This document shows positions 25,098 to 32,000 of a stretch of 32,000 nucleotides of DNA, one piece after another; the first letter of the stretch is position 1, and each line of letters opens with the position of its first letter. The translations under genes and the position numbers were made by a program. The notes under the pieces were generated by a model. The model searched no databases. It was given only the letters and a program-made list of their open reading frames with translations, and had not been told where the DNA came from. The stretch comes from Falcatimonas sp. MSJ-15 (GTDB lineage Bacteria; Bacillota; Clostridia; Lachnospirales; Lachnospiraceae), in assembly GCF_018918265.1 (NCBI RefSeq), contig NZ_JAHLQC010000015.1, forward strand, positions 57,137-89,136. The letters are read 5' to 3'.

Positions 25098-26687
25098 ATG
25101 GATACAATTAGATTTGATGAGTTAAATTTATCACCTCAGATATTAAGAGCAGTAACAGAGATGGGATTTGAGGAGGCCTCACCAATTCAGTCAAAAGCAA
25201 TTCCTGTTGAACTTACAGGAAGAGATGTTATTGGACAGGCACAGACAGGTACAGGTAAGACAGCCGCATTTGGTATTCCACTTCTTGAGAAAATAGATCC
25301 TAAAGAAAAAAAATTACAGGCATTAGTTTTATGTCCAACAAGAGAGCTTGCCATTCAGGTAGCAGACGAATTCAGAAAATTATCAAAATTTATGCATGGA
25401 ATTAAGATTCTTCCAATCTATGGTGGTCAGGATATCGTAAAACAGATTCGTTCACTTAAAGCTGGTACACAGATTGTTATCGGTACACCAGGTCGAGTAA
25501 TGGATCATATGAGAAGAAAGACTGTTAAATTTGATACAGTAAAGACAATTATTCTAGACGAAGCAGATGAGATGCTTAATATGGGATTTAGAGAAGACAT
25601 AGAGACAATTCTTGAACAGATACCACAGGAAAGACAGACAATATTATTCTCAGCAACGATGCCAAAAGCAATACTTGAGATAGCAAGAAAATATCAGCAT
25701 GATGCAGAGACAATAAAAGTAGTAAAAAAAGAACTTACAGTTCCAAAGATAGATCAGTTTTACTTTGAAGTAAAACAAAAGAATAAGGAAGAAGTTCTTT
25801 CAAGATTGCTTGATATATATGCACCAAAACTTTCACTTGTATTTTGTAATACAAAGAGAATGGTTGATGAACTTGTATCAGCACTTCAGGGACGTGGATA
25901 TTTTGCAGAAGGTCTTCATGGAGATCTTAAGCAGTCACAAAGAGACAGAGTAATGAACAGCTTTAGAAATGGCAAAACAGAGATTCTTGTAGCAACAGAC
26001 GTTGCAGCCAGAGGAATTGACGTTGATGATGTTGAAGCAGTTTTCAACTATGATTTGCCTCAGGATGAAGAATATTATGTACACAGAATAGGAAGAACAG
26101 GTCGTGCAGGCCGTACAGGTATGGCATTCTCATTCGTATATGGAAAAGAGATGTATAAGTTAAAAGATATTCAGCGTTATTGTAAGACAAAGATTAAACT
26201 TATGCCGGTTCCATCAATGGATGATGTAGCCAATACAAAGATAGAGAATATTTTTGAAAAAGTAAGTAATATAATTAAAGAAGAAGATTTATCAAAGATG
26301 GTAGAATACATTCAGAACAAACTTGATGTTGAAGATTATACATCACTTGATCTTGCTGCTGCATTCTTAAAGATGGAATTAGGAGTCGATAATAGTGATT
26401 CTGATGTTGAAGCGAATGAAGACTTTGGAGATACAGGTGCAGAACCTGGAATGGTAAGATTATTCATTAACATTGGTAAGAAGCAGAATATACGCCCGGG
26501 AGACATTCTTGGAGCGATAGCCGGAGAATCAGGTATGCCAGGTAAGTTAGTTGGAAGCATAGATATGTATGATAAGTATACATTTGTTGAAGTTCCTGGA
26601 GAATATGCAAGAGACGTACTTAAAGCGATGAAGAATGTTAAGATAAAAGGTAAATCAGTTAATATAGAACCTGCTAATCATAAATAA
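25098..26687 (+). CDS. DEAD-box ATP-dependent RNA helicase with a C-terminal DbpA-type RNA-binding domain
   Basis: Q motif, AQTGTGKT, DEAD, SAT and HRIGRTGRAG. The C-terminal segment is MVRLFINIGKKQNIRPGDILGAIAGE...VNIEPA. Confidence 0.95.
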   Translation: MDTIRFDELNLSPQILRAVTEMGFEEASPIQSKAIPVELTGRDVIGQAQTGTGKTAAFGIPLLEKIDPKEKKLQALVLCPTRELAIQVADEFRKLSKFMHGIKILPIYGGQDIVKQIRSLKAGTQIVIGTPGRVMDHMRRKTVKFDTVKTIILDEADEMLNMGFREDIETILEQIPQERQTILFSATMPKAILEIARKYQHDAETIKVVKKELTVPKIDQFYFEVKQKNKEEVLSRLLDIYAPKLSLVFCNTKRMVDELVSALQGRGYFAEGLHGDLKQSQRDRVMNSFRNGKTEILVATDVAARGIDVDDVEAVFNYDLPQDEEYYVHRIGRTGRAGRTGMAFSFVYGKEMYKLKDIQRYCKTKIKLMPVPSMDDVANTKIENIFEKVSNIIKEEDLSKMVEYIQNKLDVEDYTSLDLAAAFLKMELGVDNSDSDVEANEDFGDTGAEPGMVRLFINIGKKQNIRPGDILGAIAGESGMPGKLVGSIDMYDKYTFVEVPGEYARDVLKAMKNVKIKGKSVNIEPANHK

Positions 26688-26714
26688 TTCTAAAAGTCAA
26701 ATGTCTTTGTATGG

Positions 26715-26748
26715 ATGCACGATATTAAAAAATATCGTGCATTTTTTG
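26715..26748 (+). terminator. intrinsic terminator after the helicase gene
   Basis: 12-bp perfect stem: ATGCACGATATT (26715-26726) pairs with AATATCGTGCAT (26731-26742). TTTTTT follows. Confidence 0.85.
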
Positions 26749-26770
26749 CTATGGAAAGAAAAATCAGTTC

Positions 26771-26779
26771 TGATATAAT
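26771..26779 (+). promoter_or_regulatory. extended -10 promoter (TGATATAAT) for the AIM24 leader
   Basis: TG-N-TATAAT at 26771-26779. The -35 region is weak. Confidence 0.5.
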
Positions 26780-26786
26780 TAAGGAA

Positions 26787-26902
26787 GTTCGAAGGGGAAC
26801 GGTCTTAGATATATGGGGATATGTCTAAGGCATAATAGCTGATAGGGTAACAGCTATTGTAAATAATTAATAAGGGGTAGGCTGCAGCTTAGGTTGCAGC
26901 CT
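26787..26902 (+). ncRNA. structured leader or small RNA with G-run-displaying hairpins, unclassified
   Basis: H1 26802-26831 has 13 bp including two G-U pairs and a GGGG tetraloop. H2 26832-26860 has 10 bp and an AUAGGGUAA loop. H3 26879-26902 has 10 bp and a UUAG loop, and is preceded by unpaired AAGGGGU. A weak H0 at 26787-26800 has a GAAGGG loop. Confidence 0.5.
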
Positions 26903-27000
26903 CGACATGAAGATGTTAACAAAGCCGATATAAAATATAAACAATCGGTATAAATAATTAAAAGGGTACAATAAATATATAAATATAAGGAGAGATAAAT

Positions 27001-27762
27001 ATGATATCTATCAAGAATTTTTTTGACAATCCAAATGTAGAGCAAGTTGCAGGAATGGGAAATGTAAGAGTATATGAATACAAGAAAGATATGAGTGTTC
27101 ATTCACCAGGCGAAGCGATGGCAGCATACTTTGCAGAGAAGATGAATCACAGAGTACGTCAGGTTCTTATTGAATTAAAAGGTGATTCATACATTCTTAG
27201 TGCAGGAGCAATGCAGTGGATGGCTGGTAATGTAACAGCAACTTCAGATGTAAAAGGTGTTGGAGATCTTTTCTCAAAAGCTATAAAAGGAAGAGTAACT
27301 AATGAATCAGCTGTAAAACCAAAATATTCAGGTAATGGTCTTTTAATGTTAGAGCCAACAACTAAGTATATACTTCTTGAGAATGCAGCTAACTGGAATG
27401 GTCTTGTTATAGAAGACGGAATGTTCCTCGCAAGTGCAGCAACAGTTAATCATAATATTGTATCAAGAGCTAATTTCTCATCAGCAGTAGCCGGTGGTGA
27501 AGGATTATTTAACTTATGTATGAATGGTCAGGGTGTTGTAGTTCTTGAAAGTCCTGTACCAAGAGAAGAACTTATAGAGATTAATCTTGAAAATGATGAG
27601 ATTAAGATTGACGGAAGCATGGCAGTATGCTGGTCACAGACACTTAGCTTCACAGTTGAACGTTCAACTAAGAGCCTTATCGGTTCAGCAGTTTCAGGTG
27701 AAGGACTTGTTAATGTATACAGAGGAACAGGAAGAATTCTTATGGCACCTGTAAGATTTTAG
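27001..27762 (+). CDS. AIM24 family (DUF124) protein
   Basis: 253 aa with the characteristic pattern (ILSAGAMQWMAGNV..., GEGLFNLCMNGQGVVVLES, GEGLVNVYRGTGRILMAP). RBS AAGGAGAG. Confidence 0.8.
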   Translation: MISIKNFFDNPNVEQVAGMGNVRVYEYKKDMSVHSPGEAMAAYFAEKMNHRVRQVLIELKGDSYILSAGAMQWMAGNVTATSDVKGVGDLFSKAIKGRVTNESAVKPKYSGNGLLMLEPTTKYILLENAANWNGLVIEDGMFLASAATVNHNIVSRANFSSAVAGGEGLFNLCMNGQGVVVLESPVPREELIEINLENDEIKIDGSMAVCWSQTLSFTVERSTKSLIGSAVSGEGLVNVYRGTGRILMAPVRF

Positions 27763-27956
27763 CAGATAAAAACATATTAAAAGATACTTAGTAAGTAAAT
27801 AAGATATAGATAGTTCAGACATAATAGAATTAATAAATTGTAATATAAAACAAATAAGAAAAACAAACACTGACATACAACAATTTAAGCTAGCATCAAA
27901 ATATATAATCATAAATCATACATTGGCATACACATATCAATAGCTATATACAAAGC

Positions 27957-27995
27957 CAGAGTTTATACTCGTAATAATAAAGAATATAAACTCTG
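27957..27995 (+). terminator. weak candidate terminator after the AIM24 gene
   Basis: 11-bp stem: CAGAGTTTATA (27957-27967) pairs with TATAAACTCTG (27985-27995). The loop is 17 nt and the U-tract is poor (ACTTGTTG). Confidence 0.35.
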
Positions 27996-28284
27996 ACTTG
28001 TTGATGTATATAGATGAAATATCTAATCACAAATAATCCAAAATATAAAAAATATTGTATACACTAATTAGTCTATTGTATAAAAAATAAAACTATGATA
28101 GAATAAAAATCAGATTTATTATAAGAAGTATAAGTATAACATTTTTATCAAATCAGATTTAATAATTTAGTTAGTAAGAACATAATCAACACGAATGATA
28201 ACTAGAAAAAGAAATCAATTCTTGTATCATACCAATTAAGAAAATTGAATACAAAAATGAGTATTCATGCAGGAGGAATAATCA

Positions 28285-30144
28285 ATGAGATGTAGAAATT
28301 GCAATGCAGAAGTTGCACAAGGGTCATTATTCTGCACTAAATGTGGAAGTAGAATAAGTAATGAGCCAAGTAATCAGAATAAACAGGTACAATTTAACAC
28401 GACTAATAATGGGGCTAATTTTAATAATATGCAGACAGATCCTTCATTTTATCAGGGGAATATGGGAGTTGAACCTCCTTTTAATAATAACAATCAGAAT
28501 ACTAATAAGAAAAAACCATTAAAGAAAGGCAAGATTATACTGGCAGTGATAGCATTATTAGCGATTATTGCAGCAGGTTTTGTAGGAACAAAAGCATATC
28601 TAAAAAAAAACAGGGTTATTAATCTTAATGATTATGTTGAGATTAAGCTTGAAGGTAGTGAACATTATGGAACAGTAACTTATTCTTATGATTTAGCTAA
28701 GTTTGAAAAAGATTATGGTAAAAAGCTTGATAATAAGAAAAAACTTAAAGAGTATTCATATGTAGATGCAACAGATATGATATTTGAGTTGTGTATATCA
28801 GGTTCATTTGATAAAAATGATAATCTGTCAAATGGAGATAAAGTAAAATATAGCTGGAAGTGTGATGATAAACTTGTAAAGCACATTTTTGGATATACAC
28901 TCAAATATAGTGATATTGAGTACGAAGTTAAAGACTTGCCAGATACTAAGGATATAGATGTATTCGAGAATATAAAAGTAGAGTATGCCGGAACAGAACC
29001 TTTTGGAAAAGCAAGAGTTGTTAATGAGAATAGTTCATCATCAAGACTCTATAATATGCAATATTCTATTGACAAAGATACAGATTTATCTAATGGTGAT
29101 ACTGTTACTGTGACATTTAATAACGCAGGCAGAGATGATATTGTAGAGTTGATTGGTGGTACACCAAAGGAGACAACTAAGGAATTCAAAGTCGAAGGAC
29201 TTTCATATTATGCTAAGACTTATGATGAGATACCAGAGAGTACCAAAGAGAAGATGCTTGATGCAAGTATTAATAAGATAAGAGAGAATGTAGCAAAATA
29301 TGGTGAGCATACTTCATATGTATCAGCAACTTATGAAGGCAATTACTTCTTTCGTCTGAAAGAAAAGAGCAATTATTATGATAATAATCTTGTATATATG
29401 ATATATGCTGTAACTGCTAATATTAATAATCCTGATGAGAACCTTAATAAGACAGAAGTATATTATACATCAGTTGAGTTTAAAGATGTATTGATTGATA
29501 GTGAAGGAAAAGCAACGGTTGATTGTGATGATATCAAGCTGCCTATAAAAAATGCAACTTTTAATTACTATGAAGAAAATTCAGAATATACAACATATAC
29601 ATTTGATGGATATAATGATATTGCAGAAGCATTTAATGCGATAATAGGATATAACTATGAACGCTATGAATATGATGACAATATAGAAGAGAAGACAGAC
29701 GATGTTAAAACAGTAAATGATTATTATACAACAATTGACAGTAATAAGGATGACATATATGCAAGTCTGTATTTTGCAGGTTATGGTGATGATGAGAAGG
29801 CAAGTAATATGGTAGCTTTTTGTGAAAAATACAATATGAAAGATGTAGATTTTGATAAAGTTGAGGATGCATATAATGAAGAATGGTATGTAGTTATTCC
29901 AAAATATCAGGATACAATTATTGAAGTATACCATGTTGAACTTGATGATAATGGCAACCTTAGAGAGACAGAACTTTTAACTGCATCACAAAAACCAGTG
30001 AGTATATGTTGTAATACAAGTGATATAGTACCATCAGTAAGAGTAAAAATAAGATATAAAGATAAAGTGATTCAATTTGAACCGGGAATAAGTCTTGAAG
30101 ATGGAAGTGTTCTTAAGTTTGATGGAATTGAGACAATCGAATAG
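28285..30144 (+). CDS. zinc-ribbon domain membrane protein with a large extracytoplasmic region of unknown function
   Basis: N-terminal CxxC...CxxC ribbon (MRCRNCNAEVAQGSLFCTKCGSRI), an N/Q-rich linker, and one TM helix (aa 83-103). About 515 aa follow, with two tandem related modules (aa ~114-217 and ~226-306, each with LSNGD-x-V-x-[YV]). RBS AGGAGG. Confidence 0.8.
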   Translation: MRCRNCNAEVAQGSLFCTKCGSRISNEPSNQNKQVQFNTTNNGANFNNMQTDPSFYQGNMGVEPPFNNNNQNTNKKKPLKKGKIILAVIALLAIIAAGFVGTKAYLKKNRVINLNDYVEIKLEGSEHYGTVTYSYDLAKFEKDYGKKLDNKKKLKEYSYVDATDMIFELCISGSFDKNDNLSNGDKVKYSWKCDDKLVKHIFGYTLKYSDIEYEVKDLPDTKDIDVFENIKVEYAGTEPFGKARVVNENSSSSRLYNMQYSIDKDTDLSNGDTVTVTFNNAGRDDIVELIGGTPKETTKEFKVEGLSYYAKTYDEIPESTKEKMLDASINKIRENVAKYGEHTSYVSATYEGNYFFRLKEKSNYYDNNLVYMIYAVTANINNPDENLNKTEVYYTSVEFKDVLIDSEGKATVDCDDIKLPIKNATFNYYEENSEYTTYTFDGYNDIAEAFNAIIGYNYERYEYDDNIEEKTDDVKTVNDYYTTIDSNKDDIYASLYFAGYGDDEKASNMVAFCEKYNMKDVDFDKVEDAYNEEWYVVIPKYQDTIIEVYHVELDDNGNLRETELLTASQKPVSICCNTSDIVPSVRVKIRYKDKVIQFEPGISLEDGSVLKFDGIETIE

Positions 30145-30157
30145 TAAATAGACATAA

Positions 30158-30187
30158 TTTCCCCCGCTCTTGACAAAGAGCCCAAAA
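30158..30187 (+). repeat. short hairpin motif, copy 2
   Basis: Same 18-nt core at 30165-30182 with similar C-rich 5' and A-rich 3' flanks. It lies between the stop of the zinc-ribbon gene and the terminator. Confidence 0.8.
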
Positions 30188-30189
30188 GA

Positions 30190-30229
30190 AGAAGGATAGC
30201 AGACTTAATGTTGCTATCCTTCTCTTTTT
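30190..30229. terminator. bidirectional intrinsic terminator between the zinc-ribbon gene and rubrerythrin
   Basis: 12-bp stem: AGAAGGATAGCA (30190-30201) pairs with TGCTATCCTTCT (30212-30223). CTTTTT follows on the plus strand. The minus strand reads TTCTTTTGGG after the stem. Confidence 0.8.
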
Positions 30230-30389
30230 AATCTAAGTATACAATTGTTAATAGTAACCATAATTATTAATAACATATCTATCTATGTTATATTGCGTTA
30301 TTATAGGCCTAGAGCCACAGCCGATTATAAGAGAATCACAGGGATTACTTCTTATGATTAGCCAAAGCCACTCTTAGTCAAAGAATCTT

Positions 30390-30932
30390 TTAGCCAAAAT
30401 ATCTTTTTAATAGACCTTCAAAAGCTTTACCATGTCTTGCTTCATCTCTTGCCATCTCATGAACTGTATCGTGGATTGCATCAAGATTAGCAGCTTTAGC
30501 ACGTTTAGCCAGATCAGTTTTACCAGCAGTTGCACCATTCTCAGCTTCAACTCTTAATTCGAGATTTTTCTTAGTTGAATCAGTTACAACTTCTCCAAGT
30601 AATTCAGCAAATTTAGCAGCATGTTCAGCTTCTTCATAAGCAGCTTTTTCATAATACATACCAACTTCAGGATATCCTTCTCTGTAAGCTACTCTTGCCA
30701 TTGCAAGGTACATACCAACTTCGCTGCATTCACCCTGGAAGTTAGCACGAAGATCTTCAATAATATCTTCACTTACACCTTTGGCAACACCTACAACATG
30801 TTCTGCAGCCCATGTTCTGTCACCTGACTGCTCAGTGAATTTTGACTTTGGAGCTTTACACTGTGGGCAAAAATCTGGTGCTTCTTCTCCTTCATATACA
30901 TAACCACATACCTGACATACAAATTTACTCAT
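30390..30932 (-). CDS. rbr: reverse rubrerythrin (N-terminal rubredoxin-like domain plus C-terminal diiron ferritin-like domain)
   Basis: N-terminal [10 protein letters not shown]...CPQCKAPK, then diiron ExxH helices (EVGMY...EEAEHAAKF, ...[11 protein letters not shown]). RBS AAGGAGA. Confidence 0.9.
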   Translation of the reverse strand: MSKFVCQVCGYVYEGEEAPDFCPQCKAPKSKFTEQSGDRTWAAEHVVGVAKGVSEDIIEDLRANFQGECSEVGMYLAMARVAYREGYPEVGMYYEKAAYEEAEHAAKFAELLGEVVTDSTKKNLELRVEAENGATAGKTDLAKRAKAANLDAIHDTVHEMARDEARHGKAFEGLLKRYFG

Positions 30933-30978
30933 ACGTTATATCTCCTTTTCTTATATAAATTTTTATTTCCTTTAAAAT

Positions 30979-30997
30979 AATAATAGTAATTGTTACT
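30979..30997 (-). promoter_or_regulatory. candidate PerR/Fur-family operator at the rbr promoter
   Basis: The minus strand reads AGTAACAATTACTATTATT, just downstream of a TTGACA (31032-31027)-N17-TATTTT (31009-31004) promoter. It shares TAACA[A/G]TTACTATTATT with the box at the perR promoter. Confidence 0.5.
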
Positions 30998-31065
30998 GAT
31001 ATTAAAATATCACAAATAAAATCATTTGTCAACAGTATTTGTAATAATTATCGGAACAAATCTGA

Positions 31066-31094
31066 TTGACATAAAAGCAAATGTAATGTAATAT
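31066..31094 (+). promoter_or_regulatory. candidate sigma-A promoter for perR
   Basis: TTGACA (31066-31071), 17-nt spacer, TAATAT (31089-31094). Confidence 0.5.
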
Positions 31095-31097
31095 AAT

Positions 31098-31116
31098 GAT
31101 AACAGTTACTATTATT
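31098..31116 (+). promoter_or_regulatory. candidate PerR/Fur-family operator at the perR promoter
   Basis: GATAACAGTTACTATTATT lies immediately after the -10. It is near-identical (16 of 17) to the box at the rbr promoter when each is read in its own transcription direction. Confidence 0.5.
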
Positions 31117-31220
31117 GAGTGGAAATCTAATATACGATATTAGTATTCCTAAGATTGTATGTTTTTATTAGGAAATACTATTATAAAAAGGTATTTAGTA
31201 ATTACTTATTAATAAGCTAT

Positions 31221-31370
31221 ATGTACTCTCGGAATCTTCTAAATGAAGAATTCTGAGATAAATTTTTGATATGCAATAACATTTTCGCAGTGTGTACGAC
31301 GAGAAAATGGAAGCAGCATATCGCAAATATAGCTAGAATTATTTGCTTAAAGAAGATTCCGAGAGTATAT
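31221..31370 (+). repeat. long inverted repeat / ~150-nt extended hairpin in the perR leader
   Basis: TACTCTCGGAATCTTCT (31224-31240) is perfectly complementary to AGAAGATTCCGAGAGTA (31351-31367) and is extendable to 20 bp. Nested inner helices are AATTCT/AGAATT, GATATGC/GCATATC and CATTTTC/GAAAATG. Confidence 0.75.
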
Positions 31371-31391
31371 CTATTTAATAGGAGGTAATAT

Positions 31392-31787
31392 ATGGCAAAT
31401 TTAAAATATAGCAGACAGCGTGAAGCAATTAAAACTTTTCTTATGACAAGAAAAGATCACCCGACTGCAGATGTAGTCTACAATAATATTAGAAAAGAAT
31501 ATCCTAATATAAGTCTTGGTACGGTATACAGGAATCTCTCTCTTCTTGTAGATATTGGTGAAGCGATTAAAGTGCCAACAAGTGATGGCGCAGAACATTT
31601 TGATGGCAATGTTATGCCACATTATCATTTTGTATGCACAAGATGTAATAGCGTAATAGATCTTGAGATGGAAGATATAGATTATATTAATGAAGTAGCA
31701 GCTAAGAATTTTTTAGGCAAAATAGAAGGACACAGTACATTTTTCTATGGACTGTGCCCGGAATGTATGAATAAAGCTGATAATTAG
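31392..31787 (+). CDS. perR: Fur-family transcriptional repressor, probably the peroxide sensor PerR
   Basis: Fur-family winged helix (SRQREAIKTFLMTRKDHPTADVVYNNIRKEYPNISLGTVYRNL), HYHFVC and two CxxC pairs (CTRC, CPEC). It is divergent from rubrerythrin. RBS GGAGG. Confidence 0.8.
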   Translation: MANLKYSRQREAIKTFLMTRKDHPTADVVYNNIRKEYPNISLGTVYRNLSLLVDIGEAIKVPTSDGAEHFDGNVMPHYHFVCTRCNSVIDLEMEDIDYINEVAAKNFLGKIEGHSTFFYGLCPECMNKADN

Positions 31788-31858
31788 ACTATAATGCTTA
31801 ACTTCATATTTGAACAGGTTGTCTAACAATCCATAATTCAAATATGTAATAAGTTTGG

Positions 31859-31928
31859 TATTAGGTTAGTGCTTTACATAGCAAATGCTTGATATTAAGT
31901 TAGTGTTTTATATAGCAAATGCTTGATA
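31859..31928. repeat. 34-bp tandem direct repeat, 2 copies
   Basis: TATTAGGTTAGTGCTTTACATAGCAAATGCTTGA (31859-31892) and TATTAAGTTAGTGTTTTATATAGCAAATGCTTGA (31893-31926) differ at 3 positions. Confidence 0.8.
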
Positions 31929-31968
31929 TGGATATCTTACTATTATAATATCATATCACGAAGTTTAC

Positions 31969-31999
31969 ACAGATAGGAAGCAGCAGTCTTTCTATCTGT
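31969..31999 (+). terminator. strong hairpin at the window edge, possible perR terminator
   Basis: ACAGATAGGAAG (31969-31980) pairs with CTTTCTATCTGT (31988-31999), 12 bp with one G-T pair. The downstream tail is cut off by the end of the window. Confidence 0.4.
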
Positions 32000-32000
32000 T

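Noticed and set aside
26806-26892. TRAP-style (G/U)AG triplet array in the AIM24 leader. There are five UAG triplets in ~90 nt.
   Set aside because: The spacings are irregular (30, 7, 35 and 12 nt) rather than the 2-3-nt spacers of TRAP sites. The enrichment over expectation is modest. I kept it only as a side remark to the leader finding.
26854-27102. 82-aa minus-strand ORF covering the AIM24 leader and start.
   Set aside because: It is antisense to the RBS and start of a good gene and to plus-strand-specific G-U-containing hairpins, and it has no RBS. The same reasoning applies to 27694-27912 (72 aa, minus), which overlaps the AIM24 stop.

Overview
AT-rich chromosomal core segment of a spore-forming, Clostridia-class Firmicute. 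The gene content looks Lachnospiraceae-like, but the taxon is inference only. I support 24 protein-coding genes. They cover isoprenoid synthesis (ispE, partial), peptidoglycan (ddl, murI, an M15 VanY-like peptidase), CoA and NAD salvage (coaBC with an ECF S-component, pncB), phospholipid synthesis (plsC, cls), translation (type-2 ileS behind a T-box leader, and a divergent MetRS-like protein), glycogen phosphorylase, sporulation (spoIIR, spoIID, a SpoIIQ-like protein), a DEAD-box helicase, a hemolysin-III family protein, an AIM24/DUF124 protein, a zinc-ribbon membrane protein, and a divergent reverse-rubrerythrin/PerR pair. I saw no rRNA, tRNA, CRISPR array, transposase, integrase or recognisable defence genes. 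The unusual signals are mostly non-coding: (1) a ~215-nt structured leader displaying four G-runs upstream of the AIM24 gene; (2) a ~110-nt structured repeat present as two inverted copies 23 kb apart, the second inside a 659-bp gene-free island full of hairpins; (3) an 18-nt exact hairpin motif shared by two distant intergenic sites; (4) a ~150-nt near-perfect long hairpin or MITE-like inverted repeat in the perR leader, plus duplicated operator boxes at the divergent rbr/perR promoters; (5) a terminator/antiterminator attenuator in the helicase leader. On the protein side, the MetRS-like gene has KASSS in place of KMSKS and lacks the anticodon-reading PW motif. The SpoIIQ-like protein has lost all four LytM metal ligands. 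All RNA and regulatory calls come from reading the sequence by eye and need computational or experimental confirmation.
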